DNA of 64,000 nt from contig CAWAHW010000001.1 of assembly GCA_963781885.1 (NCBI GenBank), positions 288,001 through 352,000 on the forward strand, given 5' to 3'. Each line of letters opens with the position of its first letter. Positions within the stretch are counted from its first letter, which is position 1. This DNA comes from an uncultured Spirochaetota bacterium. Lineage in GTDB: Bacteria; Spirochaetota; Spirochaetia; SZUA-6; Fen-1364. The translations under genes were made by a program, and so were the position numbers. The notes under the pieces were generated by a model. The model saw only the letters and a list, made by a program, of their open reading frames with translations, was not told the DNA's origin and made no database searches. Below, piece by piece: positions 59,513 through 64,000 of the stretch.

Positions 59513-60778
59513 ATGGCCGGTACCCCAGGGGTTGAGGAAAGAGCGCTTCGTGATTACATCCTGGCAAAAGTGGACGCCACCCTGCGCCCGCCGAACAGGA
59601 TGATGAAGTACCCGTTCATCGATCCCGGCTCCGTCTATGAGGGGAACCTGTGGGACTGGGATTCCTTCTGGTCGGCGTACTCTCTCCTCGGCATCACGAA
59701 AAACCCGGATCCCGCGGTCCGCTCGAAACGGGAGCTCTTCATCGAGCACGCCCGGGGAAACGTGCTGAACTTCCTCGACTGGCAGCAGGATGACGGCTAC
59801 CTGCCCATGATGATCCAGGAGAGGGACTTTCCCGAGCCCTATCTCATCCGCAAGCATCGGGAAGGCGCGATCCTGAACATGCACAAGCCTTTCCTCTGCC
59901 AGCAGATCTGCCTCGTGTCGGAGGCTGCGGGTGGCTTCGACTGGATTGCGGAGAAGTTCGGCCAGATCGAGGCGTATTTCGCCTGCTATGACCGCACCTA
60001 CTATTTTCCCTCCTGCGGCCTGTACGTCTGGGCGGACGACGTCATGATCGGCAACGACAACGATCCTTCGACATTCGGGCGGCCGCGCTTCTCCACCGCC
60101 GGCATGTTCCTCAACGGCTTCATGGTGACCGAGCTGCGTGCCGCCTCGCTGATCGCCGAGAAGCTGGGCCGCAAAGACCGCGCCCAGTACTATCGCGCCA
60201 AAGCGGAGGCATTACTGGGGGCCATCCAGGCGGAATGCTGGGACCCGCGCGACGGCTTCTTCTACTCCGTCGACGTCGACGTGAAGACCCGCCCGTACGA
60301 CTGGTTTCATGTGGGGCTTGGCGTCTTCTGGAAGAGTTTGCCCCTCAAGATACGCGCGTGGCCGGGCTTCATCCCGCTGTGGGCGGGCACGGCGACCCCC
60401 GAACAGGCGGCGCGGCTCGCGCGCCACGCGGCTGACGAAACGACATTCTGTGCGCCCACGGGAATCACGTCACTGGCGATGGATGAAAAGATGTTCAACA
60501 TCGAGCCGAGCCTGAATCCCTCGAACTGGCTGGGCGGCATCTGGATCATCGTCGACTACATCGTGTTCCGGGGGCTCATGCGCTACGGGTATCGCGAGCA
60601 GGCGCGGAGCCTGTGCGACAAGACGCTCCATCTCCTCCATGATGACCTCGTGCGCACGGGCACGCTGCACGAGTACTACGATCCCCGCACCGGCGCGCCG
60701 ATCATGGACCCGAATTTCTTCAACTGGAACATGCTCGCCGTGCTCATGGCGGAAGAAATGCGGGGAGGAGCGCAATGA
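59513..60778 (+). CDS. GH63/MGH1-like glycoside hydrolase
   Basis: LWDWDSFW, HKPFL, GNDNDP, WDPRDGFF, NWLGGIW, LHEYYDP. Confidence 0.82.
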   Translation: MAGTPGVEERALRDYILAKVDATLRPPNRMMKYPFIDPGSVYEGNLWDWDSFWSAYSLLGITKNPDPAVRSKRELFIEHARGNVLNFLDWQQDDGYLPMMIQERDFPEPYLIRKHREGAILNMHKPFLCQQICLVSEAAGGFDWIAEKFGQIEAYFACYDRTYYFPSCGLYVWADDVMIGNDNDPSTFGRPRFSTAGMFLNGFMVTELRAASLIAEKLGRKDRAQYYRAKAEALLGAIQAECWDPRDGFFYSVDVDVKTRPYDWFHVGLGVFWKSLPLKIRAWPGFIPLWAGTATPEQAARLARHAADETTFCAPTGITSLAMDEKMFNIEPSLNPSNWLGGIWIIVDYIVFRGLMRYGYREQARSLCDKTLHLLHDDLVRTGTLHEYYDPRTGAPIMDPNFFNWNMLAVLMAEEMRGGAQ

Positions 60779-62218
60779 CCCTTTTCGAGCGGCCCACCAC
60801 CTTTGGCGTCATCGTCGGAACCCGGGGCTTCTTCAATCCCGCGCTCGCCCGCGCGGGCAGAAAAGCGCTGTTGGATCGCCTTGAAAAGCTCGGTTACCGC
60901 GCGGTCATCGCTCGATGAGAACGCCCACGGCTCCGCGGTCGGCGGGGTGGTGGAAACCCGCGCCGATGCCCAGCGATGCGCCGCGCTTTTCCAAGCGCAC
61001 CGGGAAGAGATCGACGGCATCCTCGTGAGCCTGCCGAATTTCGGCGACGAGACGGGAATCGTGCAGACGCTGGACCTGGCGAAGCTCGGCGTGCCCGTGC
61101 TCGTGCATGCCTTCGACGACGATCTGGACAAGGTCGATGTCGCCCACCGGCGCGATGCCTTCTGCGGCAAGCTGTCGGTTTGCGCGAATCTCTCCCAGTA
61201 CGGGATCGAGTGGACCGATACCACCGAGCACACCTGCGCCGTGGACGGGCCCGAGCTTGCCGCGGACCTCGACCGGTTTGCGCGCATCTGCCGCGTCGTG
61301 CGCGGGCTTCGCGGGGCGAGGGTCGGCGCCATCGGCGCGCGCCCGGCCGCGTTCCAGACCGTGCGCTACAGCGAGAAGCTGCTCCAGGCTGCCGGCATCA
61401 CGGTGGTTCCCGTGGACCTGTCCGAGGTGCTCGCCCACGCCGAGCGCCTGCGGGAGAACCGCAAGGACGTGCAGGACAAGCTCGTCGCCATCCGGGGCTA
61501 CGGGACGATTCCCGACCGCATCCCCGCGGCCAACGTGCTGAAACAGGCAAAGCTGTCCGTGGCCATCGACCTGTGGATGGCCGCCAATGAGTGCACGGCA
61601 TCCGCGATTCAGTGCTGGGAAAGCGTGCAGGCCAACTACGGCTGCGCGACGTGTCTTTCCATGAGCCTCATGGGCGAGGAGAGGCGGATGCCCAGCGCGT
61701 GCGAGGTGGACGTGAGCGGGGCGGTCTCGATGCTCGCGATCACCCTGGCCAGCGGCAATGCCGCGGCCCTGCTGGACTGGAACAACAACTACGGCACGGA
61801 TCGCGGGAAGTGCGTGGCCACGCATTGCAGCAATTTCCCAAAAAGCTTCGTGGGCGGGGATATCGAGATTTCCGAGCTCGATATCCTCGGCGAATCCCTC
61901 GGCCGGGACAAATGCTTCGGCGCCATCAAGGGCACCGTGAAGCCCGGCCCCATGACGTATTTCCGCATGGACACCGATGATCGGCGCGGTCTCACCCGCG
62001 GATACGTCGGCGAAGGCGCCTTCACGAACGATCCCTTCCCGATGGACGGCGGAATCGCGGTCTGCGAGATCAAGGAGCTTCGGGCGCTCCTGGGGCTCAT
62101 CACGCGGGGAGGATTCGCCCATCACGTGGCGATGGTGAGGTCCCATTGCGCCGCCATCGTCCACGAAGCGACCAGCCGCTACCTGGGATGGGACATCCGC
62201 CACCATGGCGGGGCATGA
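60775..62218 (+). CDS. L-fucose/L-arabinose isomerase family protein, with a one-base frameshift near 60910 (probable sequencing error)
   Basis: N-terminus MTLFERPTTFGVIVGTRGFF in one frame; LPNFGDE, RRDAFCGK, ACEVD, HCSN, GFAHHVA in the next. Confidence 0.82.
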
Positions 62219-63066
62219 GCATGGTCTCTCGGAGCGCATCGGCCAATCCATTCCTCCTCACGCCGCTGGAGATCGAGGTGCGTGCCCGGGAAATCCGCCG
62301 CGCCATCATCCAGATGAACTCCGACGCGGGCCAGGGGCACACGGGCGCCGACCTGTCGGAAGCGGACATCCTTGCCTCGCTGTTCTTTCGCGTGCTCCGC
62401 TACGCCCCGGACCAGCCCGCTGACCCTGACCGTGACAGATTCATCCTCAGCAAGGGACACGGTGTCGGCGGTTTCTATTGCACGCTCGCGGAGGCGGGCA
62501 TCATCGAGCCGAAGCTCCTCTCGACCTACCTGAAATTCGATTCGGCGCTGCCCGGGCATCCCGTGCGGCAGAAAACCCCGTTCGTGGAGATCAACACGGG
62601 GGCGCTCGGGCATGGGCTGTCGGTGGCCGTCGGGCTTGCCCTGAGCGCGAAGATGAGCGGTCGGGGCTTCGGCGTGTATGTGCTCCTTGGCGACGGCGAG
62701 CTGCAGGAGGGCTCGAATTGGGAGGCGGCAATGAGCGCGGCGCAGTTCCGGCTGGGCAACCTCGTCGCCATCGTCGACAGGAACACGCTCCAGCTCGCCG
62801 ACCGCACCGAAAAAATCATGGCTCTGGAGCCGCTGGTGGAGAAGCTGGAAGCATTCGGATTCCAGACCGCCCGCGCGAACGGCAACGACCCTGCCGATAT
62901 CATCCAGGTGCTCGAGTCCTTCGACATGACCGGTCAAAAGCCGCACGCGGTCGTGGCCCGGACCGTGAAGGGCAAGGGCGTCTCCTTCATCGAGGACCAG
63001 CCCTCCTGGCATCACAAGATCCCCGTCGGGGACCAGCTGCGCCAGGCGATCGAGGAGCTGGAATGA
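62215..63066 (+). CDS. Transketolase, N-terminal (TPP-binding) subunit
   Basis: GHTGADLS, DRFILSKGH, NTGALGHG, GDGELQEGSNWEA. Confidence 0.92.
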   Translation: MSMVSRSASANPFLLTPLEIEVRAREIRRAIIQMNSDAGQGHTGADLSEADILASLFFRVLRYAPDQPADPDRDRFILSKGHGVGGFYCTLAEAGIIEPKLLSTYLKFDSALPGHPVRQKTPFVEINTGALGHGLSVAVGLALSAKMSGRGFGVYVLLGDGELQEGSNWEAAMSAAQFRLGNLVAIVDRNTLQLADRTEKIMALEPLVEKLEAFGFQTARANGNDPADIIQVLESFDMTGQKPHAVVARTVKGKGVSFIEDQPSWHHKIPVGDQLRQAIEELE

Positions 63067-64000
63067 CGTCCGTCGATCGCACGCAGGACCTGCGGGAAGC
63101 CATGGTCCAGAGCCTTGTGGAGGGAGTGGAGCAGGGCATCGAGCTGGTCGTGCTGGTAAGCGACTCTTCGAGCACCTCGTCGATCGCGCCGTTCAAGGCG
63201 CGCTTTCCCGACCGCCTGGTGAATGTCGGCATTGCGGAACAGAACCTGCTCGGCGTGGCCGCGGGTCTCTCCCTGGGCGGATACGTGAGCGTCACCGCGA
63301 ATGCCGCGTGCTTCCTGGTGGCGCGATCCTGCGAGCAGCTGAAGACCGACATCTGCTATTCGGCGACGAACGTCAAGCTCATGGGCTTGAATGCGGGCGT
63401 CGCGTATGGATCCCTCGCGAGCACCCATCATGCCATCGATGACATCTCCATCCTGCGCAGTCTCGGCACCATCAGGATTTTCGCCCCCGGGGACGGCCCC
63501 GAAGCGGCGCAGGTGATCGGCCAGGCCCTGCGCACCGACGGCCCCGTCTACGTCCGGCTGGACAATGCGCAGCTTCCCGTGTTTCATGATGCGGGATACA
63601 TTTTCCGGCCGGGACGACTCGATATCCTCCGGGAGGGAGGCGACCTGACGATCTTTGCGCTCGGCTCCGTCGTCCATGAAGCCCTCACCGCCGGGGACAT
63701 GCTCGCGAAACAAGGCTTGCGCGCAACCGTTGTGAACATGAGCTCCGTCCGTCCCACCGACGAGAAGGCCATTCGCCGGCTCGGCATGCGCGACCGGGCG
63801 CGTCGTCACGGTGGAGGAGCACTCGGTGAATGGCGGGATCGGTTCGCTCGTCGCGGAGAGTCTCGCCGAAGGAGGCTGCGCGGTGCGCTTCGAAAGGCTG
63901 GGCATCCCGGACGGCCATTTCGCCAAGGCAGGCCCCCGCGAGGAGATCCGGAGTCACTACGGGATAGATTCTTACGGCATCGTGCGGGCCGCACTGCGCG
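63063..64000 (+). CDS. Transketolase, C-terminal subunit (runs off the window; frameshift near 63780)
   Basis: Manual translation: FPDRLVNVGIAEQN, THHAIDD, DGPVYVRL; VVTVEEHSVNGGIGS appears in a shifted frame. Confidence 0.88.
   Translation, partial: MTSVDRTQDLREAMVQSLVEGVEQGIELVVLVSDSSSTSSIAPFKARFPDRLVNVGIAEQNLLGVAAGLSLGGYVSVTANAACFLVARSCEQLKTDICYSATNVKLMGLNAGVAYGSLASTHHAIDDISILRSLGTIRIFAPGDGPEAAQVIGQALRTDGPVYVRLDNAQLPVFHDAGYIFRPGRLDILREGGDLTIFALGSVVHEALTAGDMLAKQGLRATVVNMSSVRPTDEKAIRRLGMRDRARRHGGGALGEWRDRFARRGESRRRRLRGALRKAGHPGRPFRQGRPPRGDPESLRDRFLRHRAGRTA

Overview
High-GC bacterial chromosome segment that spans the replication origin. It is most likely from a spirochete: the order is gyrA-gyrB <- oriC -> dnaA-dnaN-recF-dciA-rpmH-rnpA-yidD-yidC-jag, and it carries tRNA-Arg(GCG). 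From left to right: aldo/keto reductase (partial), nucleoside-type ABC importer, gatC-gatA-gatB-aspS operon, GH63-like hydrolase, recR-ybaB-dnaX with SRP RNA and five tRNAs, parAB, class III ribonucleotide reductase nrdDG, a CNNM/CorB protein, two parS sites, the oriC gene block, two SDRs, an ECF sigma operon, purA, alpha-2-macroglobulin with pbpC, and a sugar catabolic cluster (GH78, ABC transporter, DeoR, SDR, GH63-like enzyme, FucI-like isomerase, split transketolase). The strongest candidate novelty is an 804-aa GatB with a C-terminal L-asparaginase/GatD-like domain whose first catalytic Thr reads as Ala. Next are a CNNM transporter fused to a PTS EIIA domain with an intact phospho-His motif, and a possible apiose-type pathway. 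Four single-base frameshifts (gatA, yidC, isomerase, transketolase B) suggest assembly indel errors, so single-base observations need read-level checks. No CRISPR array, prophage, IS element or rRNA was seen. All calls come from motif recognition by eye; no database search was run.
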